Below, in pieces: positions 1-10,095 of a DNA stretch of 64,000 nucleotides; the first letter of the stretch is position 1, and the number at the start of each line of letters is the position of its first letter. The DNA is from an uncultured bacterium (GTDB lineage: Bacteria > Acidobacteriota > Vicinamibacteria > Vicinamibacterales > UBA8438), in assembly GCA_963934795.1 (NCBI GenBank), contig CAWWAF010000001.1, forward strand, positions 15,815 through 79,814, written 5' to 3'. Under the pieces are notes generated by a model that saw only the letters and a program-made list of their open reading frames with translations, did no database searches and had not been told where the DNA came from. A program made the position numbers and the translations under genes.

Positions 1-835
1 TCGGCACCATCCCCTTCGGGTGGAACCAGATACCCACATCGGTGACGCTCGTAATCTCTTCGCCGACAGAGTGATAGTGGTTGTCGAACGCGATCCGCGA
101 CCCCACTTTCAACAACTTCCCGGTATTCTCGCGGAAGATGTCACCCACCTTCCCCACCGCGAACTCCGTCAGGTAGCTACCGCGCCCCGGTATATCCACG
201 GCGGCTTCGTGGTCCCCTGGCTGCTCGTCCTGCTGCAGGTAGATGACCGCGTGATGCGTCACCCGACGCCCCTCCAGTGACGGTCGCACTTCCATGCCGG
301 CAATCCACTTGTCCTCGCTCACTCCGGTCTCGACGATCGGCTGCCACCACTGGTCTTGCCCCTCGGCTGCCTGCGTCCATGGATCCGAGGTCACGACGAG
401 ATCCGGTTCGCGGCCGTACTCGTCGGCCAGGCGCCATGCGTTATCGGCCGGCCAGTCTGGCTGCGGTGGCAGGTCGGCCGGATTCCCGCGGGGGGCGCCG
501 GCATCGACCCAACGCGCTACGGTCTCAATCTCCGCGTCGGATAGCGAGATATCGTTCTCAAAGTCCCGGATCCCAACGGTCTTGTCGAGATGCCAGGGCG
601 GCATCACACGCTCGACGACCTTGGTTCGGATTGCCCTCGCCCACGGCCGTACGTCCTCATAGGTCATGAGAGACATCGGACCCATCTGCCCGGGGCGATG
701 GCAGCCCTGACAGCTCCGCTGGAGAATCTGGGCGACATCGCGAGAGAAAGTGACCTCCACCGTCTGGGCGATCGCGGTGGCTGCGGTCAGCGTCAACGTC
801 ACGGCGATCGCGCCACTGCGAGTGGACTGTCTCAT
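1..835 (-). CDS. Exported cytochrome c domain (PSCyt1-like CxxCH) fused to a PHM/DBH-like copper monooxygenase domain. The C-terminus runs off the window.
   Basis: Absent from the ORF track because no stop lies in the window. Reverse translation from ATG at 835 reads MRQSTRSGAIAVTLTLTAATAIAQ (signal peptide), then FSRDVAQILQRSCQGCHRPG...MPPWHLD, then RRVTHHAVIY and FDNHYHSVGEE. It is collinear with the full-length paralog at 30824..32245. Confidence 0.8.
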   Translation of the reverse strand, partial: MRQSTRSGAIAVTLTLTAATAIAQTVEVTFSRDVAQILQRSCQGCHRPGQMGPMSLMTYEDVRPWARAIRTKVVERVMPPWHLDKTVGIRDFENDISLSDAEIETVARWVDAGAPRGNPADLPPQPDWPADNAWRLADEYGREPDLVVTSDPWTQAAEGQDQWWQPIVETGVSEDKWIAGMEVRPSLEGRRVTHHAVIYLQQDEQPGDHEAAVDIPGRGSYLTEFAVGKVGDIFRENTGKLLKVGSRIAFDNHYHSVGEEITSVTDVGIWFHPKGMVP

Positions 836-872
836 CGCGTCTCCTGAAGTCAAGATGTCGAATGTGGTGCGC

Positions 873-1733
873 CTACTGTACCTGAACTGAGACATACGCG
901 TTGGTCCAGCAGCAGAAGAACCCGCCAGCCATGATAGCGCTCTGGCCTCCAGAGTCATCCCAGGCTAATACGCGCAACACGTACTCGCCCGGTTGGCTGA
1001 AGGTGACCGTGGTTTCGGACCTCGACATCGAGTCGATGGCCGGCGTGGCATCGTCGAACGTCACCGTCCCCGGTCCTCGGTACTTGCTCCAGACGAGGCC
1101 GAGGCTCGGAGCGCGTTGCGCGTTCCTGGCCCTGCGAACCTCGTCATCGGTGGCCCAGACCGTCAGGGTCGCCGGCGTCAGCGCCGTCGCGGTGAGGGTC
1201 CCCCGCACACCTAGCGGACCCTGCCCCGGGTCTCCACTCGCTCCCCCGAACCTGACGACCGGCGGCGTATTGCCACTCGTCACCTCCCCCAGCGCGGTGA
1301 TCTCCCACTCGGGCCGCACGTGACCGGGAATCGCGATGGTCTCGTGGTTCGCGGTCAACGTCCAGATCAACTGGTCATCAAACCCTGGCGGCACGACCAC
1401 CGCAAACACTCCGGTCTGTCGCCTCGGAAGAAAGTGGGTCGGCTGCCCACGGTCTGCGACACCCGGACTGAACGCGTTCTCTGGCCCGACGGGAATGTCC
1501 AGGTGCTGTTCGTAGTTGCGATTGAAGTAGCCGAACACCAGACTTCGGGTGCCGTCCGAGTTGGGATACCAGCCCTCGAACGATGCAGACACACTTTGAC
1601 CACGGGCGTGTGGCATCGGAGCATCCGTCTTGGTGTCCTGCGCGTCAGCGAGTGCCGGAACCACGGCGGCTATCGCCAGCACACCGAGGCTGACGCGCAG
1701 CCGAGCCCGTCCGTTCGAGGTCAACCTGTACAC
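873..1733 (-). CDS. Secreted hypothetical protein; partner of the heme-monooxygenase gene and paralog of 29994..30797.
   Basis: 286-aa ORF with signal peptide (LGVLAIAAVVPALADAQ). The shared block FGYFNRNYEQHLDIPVGPENAFSPG..DRGQPTHFLP matches FTYFNHNRTTISVPIGEDNMFLTGEPDRGQPTTFLP in the paralog. The C-terminal part looks Ig/PKD-like (PGEYVLRVLAWDDSGG). It lies 38 nt upstream of the 1..835 gene on the same strand. Confidence 0.8.
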   Translation of the reverse strand: MYRLTSNGRARLRVSLGVLAIAAVVPALADAQDTKTDAPMPHARGQSVSASFEGWYPNSDGTRSLVFGYFNRNYEQHLDIPVGPENAFSPGVADRGQPTHFLPRRQTGVFAVVVPPGFDDQLIWTLTANHETIAIPGHVRPEWEITALGEVTSGNTPPVVRFGGASGDPGQGPLGVRGTLTATALTPATLTVWATDDEVRRARNAQRAPSLGLVWSKYRGPGTVTFDDATPAIDSMSRSETTVTFSQPGEYVLRVLAWDDSGGQSAIMAGGFFCCWTNAYVSVQVQ

Positions 1734-1811
1734 GATGCCTGGATCTTGACCAACCCACGACAGCGTGTCAACGTCGAGTGCTCGTACTGACCATCGCCTA
1801 GAGTAACAACC

Positions 1812-2903
1812 ATGAACGCGCTTATTGCTTCGGACGCCGGCCTCACCTCCGCCTGCACACAGTGGTCAACGAAAACGGTGCTGGGGCTGGACACCGAGTT
1901 CTTCCGAGAACGGACGTACTACCCGCGCCCGGCCCTCATCCAGGTGGCCGACGACGAGGGCATCGCCTTGGTGGACCCGCTTGCGGTGTCCGACTTCGCG
2001 CCGCTCGACCGGCTGCTCGCAGACCCAGCCGGTGTGATCTTGATGCACTCCTGTGGTGAAGACCTGGAGGTCTTCGAACGTCTGTTCCCAAGCCCACCAA
2101 CACGCATCTTCGATACGCAGCTGGCGGCGGCGTTCACCGGCTACGGTTTTTCGCTGGGCTACAGCGCCCTGGTGGCGGCTCTGCTCGGAGTCGAGTTGGA
2201 CAAGGGCGAAACCCGCTCGGACTGGTTGCGGCGTCCGCTCTCGGAGTCCCAACAGCGCTACGCCGCGCTCGATGTCATGTATCTCGCGCCCATGCACGAT
2301 CAGTTGTCCAAGGCGCTGGTCCGGCTGGGCCGCGCCGACTGGGTCGAGCAGGAATTCGAGTTTCGGCGGCAGTGTCGGGAGGTGGAGCGACAACCGGAGG
2401 CGGCATACCTCAAGGTCTCGGGACGCGGCGCACTCTCGCCGCCCGACCACGCGGTGCTCAGGGCGCTGACGGCCTGGCGCGAGACCGAAGCCCGGACACG
2501 GGACATGCCGCGCCGGCATCTCCTGGGCGACGACGTGCTTGTCAAGCTGGCCCGCGTGCGGGCGCCCGCGATCGACGCCCTTCGGAGTATTACGAGCCTC
2601 TCACCACGCGTCAGGACGCGCTACGGCAACACCATCGCGGCGAGCATCGACTCCGCGCGAACAGCCGGTCCGACCCCGTTGGACACACCGACGAATCTGC
2701 GGCCTCACGCGGCCACGTTGAAACGTCTCAAAGCGGCCGTGCTCGTTGAGGCAGAGACACTGATGGTGCCACCGGGTCTCCTTGCAAACCGACGCGCGCT
2801 CGAGTCTCTTGTTGTGAGTGCGGTGACAGAAAGCGCGGTGCCAGCCGAGTTTCGTGGTTGGCGGTCCGCGGTCATCACGCCCGTACTGCTGGCCTGTCTG
2901 TAA
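1812..2903 (+). CDS. rnd: Ribonuclease D (3'-5' exonuclease plus HRDC domain).
   Basis: 363 aa. Carries the DEDDy exonuclease motifs (LGLDTEFFRERTYYPRPALIQV, HSCGEDLEVF, YAALDVMYL) and a C-terminal HRDC-like region. Confidence 0.9.
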   Translation: MNALIASDAGLTSACTQWSTKTVLGLDTEFFRERTYYPRPALIQVADDEGIALVDPLAVSDFAPLDRLLADPAGVILMHSCGEDLEVFERLFPSPPTRIFDTQLAAAFTGYGFSLGYSALVAALLGVELDKGETRSDWLRRPLSESQQRYAALDVMYLAPMHDQLSKALVRLGRADWVEQEFEFRRQCREVERQPEAAYLKVSGRGALSPPDHAVLRALTAWRETEARTRDMPRRHLLGDDVLVKLARVRAPAIDALRSITSLSPRVRTRYGNTIAASIDSARTAGPTPLDTPTNLRPHAATLKRLKAAVLVEAETLMVPPGLLANRRALESLVVSAVTESAVPAEFRGWRSAVITPVLLACL

Positions 2904-3027
2904 GGTGACACAGCCACACCGGCGGCGGGGAGCCGCCGAAAACGGCCGCCGTCCGGACACACACGAGCAGGCCTCGCGGAATCCGGAACGGCAGCGCTAC
3001 TTGCGTTCGTCGTCTGTGGTCTAACGG

Positions 3028-3360
3028 TTAGACCATGTCCTTGAGCTTTTTCAGCGGAAGCACTTTCACCCGGGTGCTCGCGGGCTTCGCCTTCACGTCC
3101 ATGAGTTCGCCGGGCCGAAACGGGTTCGGCACGTTCTTCTTGGCTCTTTGGGCCGGCTTCTTGATCGTCTTGATCTTCAGCAGACCAGGGACCGTGCACG
3201 AACCAACAGAGCCCTTCGCTATGTGTCGCGCGATAATGCCTTCGAGCGCCACGAGGACGGACCCAACCTGCTTCTTGGTCAGCTCAGTACTCTCGGCAAT
3301 GTCCGCGAGCATCTGGGTCTTGGTCATCGCCGCCACGAGCTTCTTTGCCTTTGCCAACAT
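3028..3360 (-). CDS. HU/IHF-family DNA-binding protein with a short Lys/Ala-rich N-terminal extension.
   Basis: Contains MTKTQMLADIAESTELTKKQVGSVLVALEGIIARHIAKG...VPGLLKIKTIKKPA...RNPFTGE-like arm (NPFRPGE). AGGAGG lies directly upstream, so the exact start is uncertain by a few codons (3360, 3357 or 3327). Confidence 0.85.
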   Translation of the reverse strand: MLAKAKKLVAAMTKTQMLADIAESTELTKKQVGSVLVALEGIIARHIAKGSVGSCTVPGLLKIKTIKKPAQRAKKNVPNPFRPGELMDVKAKPASTRVKVLPLKKLKDMV

Positions 3361-3674
3361 CTCCTCCTAAGGGTTGCATGACACGAGAATTCTGCGTCAG
3401 AAGGACCACTGCCCACCGAGCGCAAGGCCCACTGTACACCGTCCCGCTCTTGCCAGCTAGTCTCCATTCAGCGTGTATGCCTACTGCGCTCGCGCCCGAT
3501 CATCCTGACCGACACGTTCTCTCAGCTCAGGCGAGCGGCGGACATTCACGCTAGCCGCGTCGGGAGGTCCTGATCAACACTTGACCGTTCGTCGAAGAGG
3601 ACCGGGTGACTTGCCTGCGCCTGTCGCGGTCCCGCACAAGCGATGAGCCCCGTCACCTCCACGCCATCGCACCG

Positions 3675-5282
<1,608 letters not shown>

Positions 5283-5389
5283 CGTCACCGTGCGGACGGG
5301 CGCACGGTCTTTCAGTCCAGCCACACGGCGTCGCCATACGCACCCATCGAGTCCCACTGCCGCAACCTCCGACACCGACAGGAATCCAG

Positions 5390-6562
5390 ATGACCGATGC
5401 ACCGCTCGCACACCCCGCGCTCACCCAGTTGTCGGAGGAAGAACAACTATTCCGTTCGAGCGTCCGCGCGTTCGCGGAGGCCGAGGTCGCTCCACTCGCG
5501 CGAGAGATGGATGAACAGGCCGCGATGCCACGGACGCTGATCGACCAGTTGTTCGACATCGGTGTCATGGCGATCGAAATCCCGGAGACCTTCGGCGGCG
5601 CCGGCGCGCCGTTCTTCCTCTCGGTCCTCGCGGTCGAGGAACTGTCGCGAGTGGATCCCTCCGTGGCCGTGGTCGTCGACGTCCAAAACACACTGGTCAT
5701 CAACGCGATCCTGAAGTGGGGATCGGAGGACATACAGCAACGGTTCCTCCCGGCCCTCGCGACCGGGACCATTGGCGCCTACGCGTTGTCGGAGGCTGGC
5801 TCTGGAAGTGACGCGTTTGCGCTTACAACACGCGCCACCGAGGCCGCCGACGGCGACTACATCCTGACCGGACGGAAGCTCTGGATCACCAACGCCAAAG
5901 AAGCGGGACTGTTCATCGTGTTCGCCACCGTGAACCCGGACGCCGGGCACCGCGGGATTACCGCGTTCCTGGTCGAGCATGACCGACCGGGCTTCCAGGT
6001 CGGCAAGAAGGAAGACAAGCTGGGGATCCGGGCCAGCAGTACCTGCGAGCTACTGCTCGACGAATGCCGCGTCCCGAAATCCAACATCCTCGGCGACGTG
6101 GGCCGCGGCTACAAAGTCGCCATCCAGACATTGAACGAGGGGCGTATCGGCATCGGTGCCCAAATGGTCGGGGTGGCGCAGGGCGCGCTCGACCACGCCC
6201 TCGGCTACGTCCAGGAACGTAGTCAGTTCGGGCAGCCGATCGGCGCGTTCCAGGCTGTGCAGTTCCAGCTCGCGCAGGCACAGACCGAGGTCGACATGGC
6301 CCGCCTTGGGGTCTACAACGCGGCGCGGCTCCATGACGCCGGTCGGCCGTTCCTGACCGAAGGAGCCATGGCGAAGCTGTTTTCGTCACAAGTGGCCGAA
6401 CGGGCCACCTCGCTCGCCGTGCAGTTGTTCGGCGGGATGGGGTACACAAAGGACTATCCCGTAGAGAAGCTCTTCCGCGACGCCAAGATCGGACAGATCT
6501 ACGAGGGGACGTCCAATATGCAGCTACAGACGATCGCCAAGCAGATCATGCCGAGAGCATGA
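5390..6562 (+). CDS. Acyl-CoA dehydrogenase (short or branched-chain type).
   Basis: 390 aa from ATG 5390. Contains AYALSEAGSGSDAFALTTRA, ITNA, and the C-terminal QLFGGMGYTKDYPVEKLFRDAKIGQIYEGTSNMQ. It directly follows the acyl-CoA mutase gene. Confidence 0.9.
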   Translation: MTDAPLAHPALTQLSEEEQLFRSSVRAFAEAEVAPLAREMDEQAAMPRTLIDQLFDIGVMAIEIPETFGGAGAPFFLSVLAVEELSRVDPSVAVVVDVQNTLVINAILKWGSEDIQQRFLPALATGTIGAYALSEAGSGSDAFALTTRATEAADGDYILTGRKLWITNAKEAGLFIVFATVNPDAGHRGITAFLVEHDRPGFQVGKKEDKLGIRASSTCELLLDECRVPKSNILGDVGRGYKVAIQTLNEGRIGIGAQMVGVAQGALDHALGYVQERSQFGQPIGAFQAVQFQLAQAQTEVDMARLGVYNAARLHDAGRPFLTEGAMAKLFSSQVAERATSLAVQLFGGMGYTKDYPVEKLFRDAKIGQIYEGTSNMQLQTIAKQIMPRA

Positions 6563-6614
6563 ACGACGCTACGGTCTGTTCCAAAGCCCTGACGGGTCCT
6601 CGGCGCTGGCGGGA

Positions 6615-7223
6615 CTAGCCTGCGGCGGCGACGGGCCCGCGGCGACGCGAGAACCATCGCCATGCGGTGCGTGAAATCACACCCAGGAAGCACAGGATCA
6701 GCAGAATCAGCACGCTGGCGACCGCGAACGCGGCGACCGGATAGTTGATGGCCAGCGTACCAAGCCCGACGACGAACAGATCCTCCGAGATACTGAGCAC
6801 CCAGTTCGACACCGGCTCCGGGCTGGTATTGACCGCGGCCCGCGTGCTGGCCTTGGTCAGGTGGGCGCCGGCCGCGACCGACCCGCCCAGCACGGCCATC
6901 AAGACGTCGGCCATCGGCACCCCGTCGCCCATCTCACCCAATGACGCGACGGCTACGAGCGCGCCGCCCACGGGACGAATGGCGGTGTGCACGGCGTCCC
7001 ACGCGGAGTCGACCCACGGAATCTTGTCGGCGAAGAACTCCACCACGTAGAGTGCCGACGCCACGGCAATGACGATGTTGCTGTCGAACATGGCGAACCG
7101 TTCCGGCAGGTCCACCCAGCCGAACCGGGACGCCAGCCCGAGGATCGCCACCGTGGCATAGAGGTTCACACCGGCCGCCAGCGAAAATCCGAGCGCGTGA
7201 CCGAGGGTGGCGATGAGTGTCAT
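6615..7223 (-). CDS. DUF4126-like integral membrane protein.
   Basis: 202 aa and multi-TM. Contains GVNLYATVAILGLASRFGWVDLP...FFADKIPWVDSAWDAVHTAIRPVGGA. Confidence 0.75.
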   Translation of the reverse strand: MTLIATLGHALGFSLAAGVNLYATVAILGLASRFGWVDLPERFAMFDSNIVIAVASALYVVEFFADKIPWVDSAWDAVHTAIRPVGGALVAVASLGEMGDGVPMADVLMAVLGGSVAAGAHLTKASTRAAVNTSPEPVSNWVLSISEDLFVVGLGTLAINYPVAAFAVASVLILLILCFLGVISRTAWRWFSRRRGPVAAAG

Positions 7224-7350
7224 GGGCAGTCTCTCTCATCCCATACGGAGGTGGGCCAGACAGGTTCCAGAGGAGGGAGTAGCCAGGCGAGGCGTGACGG
7301 CACTTGGCCGAGGCGCGACGTCTGCCGTCACGAACGCCTCTCTCGGGCGC

Positions 7351-8724
7351 CTACCAGCCGGCGCTCGCGTAGGCGCCGTGCGATTCAAGAAACGCGGCGA
7401 CGGTCCGTAACCCGGCGGCTCTGGCGCCATCGACCGCCGTACGTCCGTCGGCGTCAGTCGCGTGCAAGTCGGCTCCGAGCTCCACCAGCAGCTGTGCCGC
7501 CTCAAGCGCCCGCGTCTCGGCTTCGCGCCGAGGGGGCGGGAACCATCCGCGCAGGCGGCCCCCCCCCATCCCCGTCACGGCCATCAGGGCGGTCGTTTCT
7601 TCCAGTCGCGGCTGGAAGTATGTGGGTTCCTTGTAGTCTGGATGATGCACGAAGGCAGGGTCTGCCCCATGTTCGACCAGCAGTCGCATGACGGATGGCG
7701 CAGCGAAACGAGCCGCCAGCCAGAACGGTGTGGCCCCGACCAGCGGTGGAGAGAAGTTGAAGTCGCGCGACGAGCGCCGGATAGGGGTCCACGTGCGCAG
7801 CGGCGCGTTCGGGTCGGCCCCGTGGGCCAGCAGGAGCGCCACCAGCCGCTCGTCCTGTCGCATGACCGCGGGGTGAATCGCGGCAAATCCGGCCTCGGCC
7901 GCGTTCGCGTTGGCGCCAGCTTCCAGGAGTAGCTCGACAACGTCTGTGAAGCCGGCGTGGGTCGCCACGGTCGTCGCGCTGACACCCCAGGCGTCCGTGT
8001 CATCGACATTGGCGCCGGCGGCGACCAACACCCGGGCCGTCGCCAGGGCACCGCCGCGAGCCGCGAACATCAAGGCGGTGTTGCCACCGTGGGGAATCTC
8101 TCTCTTGTATTCCGGCTGGCTGTGTGGCGGCACCGCCATCACCTGACTCCACACCTCTGACTTCGCGTGGAGTTCAGCGCCTGCTGCCAACAGGACCGTC
8201 ACCACGTCAGCGTGCTGCTGCGCCGCGGCCCACATCAACGCCGTCTGCCCACGAGCAGCCCGCGTGTCGGTCCGGGCACCGCGCTCGAGCAGTAGTTCAA
8301 CCACCCCCGTCGCGCCAGCGCGTGAGCCCACCATCAAGGGCGTTTCGCCGCTCCACAGGGCCAGGTTCGGGTCGGCGCCAGCTTCCAGAAGCCGACCCAC
8401 CATCACCGCGCTCCCGTTCTGGCTCGCCGACCAGAGCGACGTCGCGCCGAGATCGTTCGCCACGTTCACGGAAGCCCCCGCATCCAGCAGCAACGCCACC
8501 GCGTCGATGTCGTCGCGATAGCTGGCCCAGTGCAGTGCGGTCGTGCCGTCCCCCTCGGCGGCATCGACCTCCGTGCCCTGTGCCAGCAGGCTCCTGACCG
8601 CGTTGGTGTCACCCTGCTTGGCGGCCGTGACCAGCGCTGGGGTGTCGGCGGCGCGAACTGCCCCTGACGCGGTGAGGCACAATGCCAGCGCGACGAGGCA
8701 CATCCGGACGGTGTGGCTAGGCAT
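7351..8724 (-). CDS. Exported ankyrin-repeat protein; third gene of module copy 1.
   Basis: Signal peptide MPSHTVRMCLVALALCLTASGAVRA. Many ANK repeats (G.TALHWA...D.V.LLL.AGA). Paralog of 51040..52677. Start trimmed to ATG 8724, which clears the upstream gene's stop at 8744. Confidence 0.85.
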   Translation of the reverse strand: MPSHTVRMCLVALALCLTASGAVRAADTPALVTAAKQGDTNAVRSLLAQGTEVDAAEGDGTTALHWASYRDDIDAVALLLDAGASVNVANDLGATSLWSASQNGSAVMVGRLLEAGADPNLALWSGETPLMVGSRAGATGVVELLLERGARTDTRAARGQTALMWAAAQQHADVVTVLLAAGAELHAKSEVWSQVMAVPPHSQPEYKREIPHGGNTALMFAARGGALATARVLVAAGANVDDTDAWGVSATTVATHAGFTDVVELLLEAGANANAAEAGFAAIHPAVMRQDERLVALLLAHGADPNAPLRTWTPIRRSSRDFNFSPPLVGATPFWLAARFAAPSVMRLLVEHGADPAFVHHPDYKEPTYFQPRLEETTALMAVTGMGGGRLRGWFPPPRREAETRALEAAQLLVELGADLHATDADGRTAVDGARAAGLRTVAAFLESHGAYASAGW

Positions 8725-8743
8725 GGCGGAAGCTGGCCTGTGT

Positions 8744-10084
8744 CTACAGGAGCCCGGGCAAGGTATCGATCGGCAGCGCCCCAGAACTGCCGCCGAGCTT
8801 CTCGACCGGCACACCCATCTTGTCCATGAGCGTCACCAGCAGGTTCGCCATCGACGGCTCGTCCGTGAACCTCAGATGCCGCCCGCTGGGCAGGCGGCCG
8901 GCGCCACCGCCGACCAGCATCAGGGGCAGATCGACGCCTGAGTGGCGTGTGCTGTTCGAAATGCCGGAGCCGTACAGGATCGTCATGTGATCGAGCAGCG
9001 ACCCGTCCCCGTCCGGTGTGGCGCGTAGCTTCGTCAGATACCGCGAGAACAGATCCGTGTGGTACGTGTTGATCTTGGACATGTGCAGGATCAACTCCGG
9101 CACGTCGTTGTGGTGCGACAGCGGGTGATGCGCCTCCGGCACCCCGATCTGCGGATACGGCCGGGCGCTCTGTTCCTTGCCGATCATGAAGGAAATGACG
9201 CGAGTCAGATCCGACTGCATGGCCAGCAGTTGCAGGTCGAGCATCAGCTCAAGGTGGTCCTCGAACACCGACGGAGCCCCCTGCGGCTGGCCAATGGTCG
9301 GCAGCTCGAGATCGCTCTGCTCCTCCGCCCGTTGGATACGTCGCTCGACGTCGCGAATCGCCTCGGTGTATTCCTCCACCTTGGTCTGGTCGCCGGGTCC
9401 GAGTTCCCGCCGCAACGCCGCCAGCTTGTCGCCGACGGAGTCGAGCAAACTCTTGTGCTGCCGCAACCGGCTCTCACGAGCGGCACGATCCGTGGTGCCG
9501 CTGTCACCGAACAGTGTTTCGAACACCGCGCGCGGATTCCACTCGGTTGGCAGCGGCTGCGTGGCGCTGCGCCACGAGAGGGTGTGGGTATAGACGCAGC
9601 TCAGGTTGCCGGTGCACGCCCCCGCGTTGTTCGGCGGATCGAGTGACAGCTCCAGCGACGGCACCTGTGTCTCCTCCGCGAAGTGCCGGGCCAGCAGCTG
9701 ATCCATCGAGACATCGGCCACGATCTCGATCTCGTTGCGGCCCCCGCGTGTGGTGCCGGTCAAGAACGACCCGGACGCCCCCGCATGGATGTAATTCCAG
9801 CTCGAGTTCAGACCGGACAGCACGATCATCTGGTCTTTGAATGCCGCAAGCGGCGCCAGAATCGGCGACAGCTCGAAGCTCGTTCCCTCCCCCTTGGGCG
9901 TCCAGTGCTCCATGGCCATGCCGTTGGGCACGTAGAAGGCCTGAAACCGGTGCGGGGCGGTGGTCGCGGCACGCGCGCGAGCCGTGAACACCGGATGCAT
10001 CGCATCGAGGAACGGCAGCGCGACGGTTGCGCCCAAGCCTCGAAGCACCGTTCGACGCGGCAACGTCTTGGTCAGGAAGGTCAT
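8744..10084 (-). CDS. DUF1552 domain protein with a Tat-like signal; module copy 1.
   Basis: Contains MTFLTKTLPRRTVLRGLGATVALPFLDAM and ...HHPLSHH... Highly similar to 52756..54099. Start trimmed to ATG 10084, 11 nt after the upstream stop. Confidence 0.9.
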   Translation of the reverse strand: MTFLTKTLPRRTVLRGLGATVALPFLDAMHPVFTARARAATTAPHRFQAFYVPNGMAMEHWTPKGEGTSFELSPILAPLAAFKDQMIVLSGLNSSWNYIHAGASGSFLTGTTRGGRNEIEIVADVSMDQLLARHFAEETQVPSLELSLDPPNNAGACTGNLSCVYTHTLSWRSATQPLPTEWNPRAVFETLFGDSGTTDRAARESRLRQHKSLLDSVGDKLAALRRELGPGDQTKVEEYTEAIRDVERRIQRAEEQSDLELPTIGQPQGAPSVFEDHLELMLDLQLLAMQSDLTRVISFMIGKEQSARPYPQIGVPEAHHPLSHHNDVPELILHMSKINTYHTDLFSRYLTKLRATPDGDGSLLDHMTILYGSGISNSTRHSGVDLPLMLVGGGAGRLPSGRHLRFTDEPSMANLLVTLMDKMGVPVEKLGGSSGALPIDTLPGLL

Positions 10085-10095
10085 TCGAGCTCTTT

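Noticed and set aside
20-847. Several plus-strand ORFs (20..280, 277..669, 294..662, 590..847) at the left edge.
   Set aside because: They are Arg/Pro/Ser-rich translations antisense to a well-supported minus-strand gene (1..835) that is collinear with the paralog at 30824..32245.
3018-3034. Small inverted repeat ggtctaa-cgg-ttagacc overlapping the HU gene stop codon, considered as a terminator.
   Set aside because: The stem is only 7 bp, it overlaps the coding end, and there is no U-tract. This is insufficient to call.
3361-3674. Possible cobalamin riboswitch upstream of the acyl-CoA mutase gene (a ccactg / cccactgta stretch).
   Set aside because: Only a short resemblance to the conserved core exists. 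The other conserved elements (a GGTGAAA-type loop, a B12-box-like AGCCAGGAGACCTGCC) are not visible. It cannot be supported without a covariance-model search.
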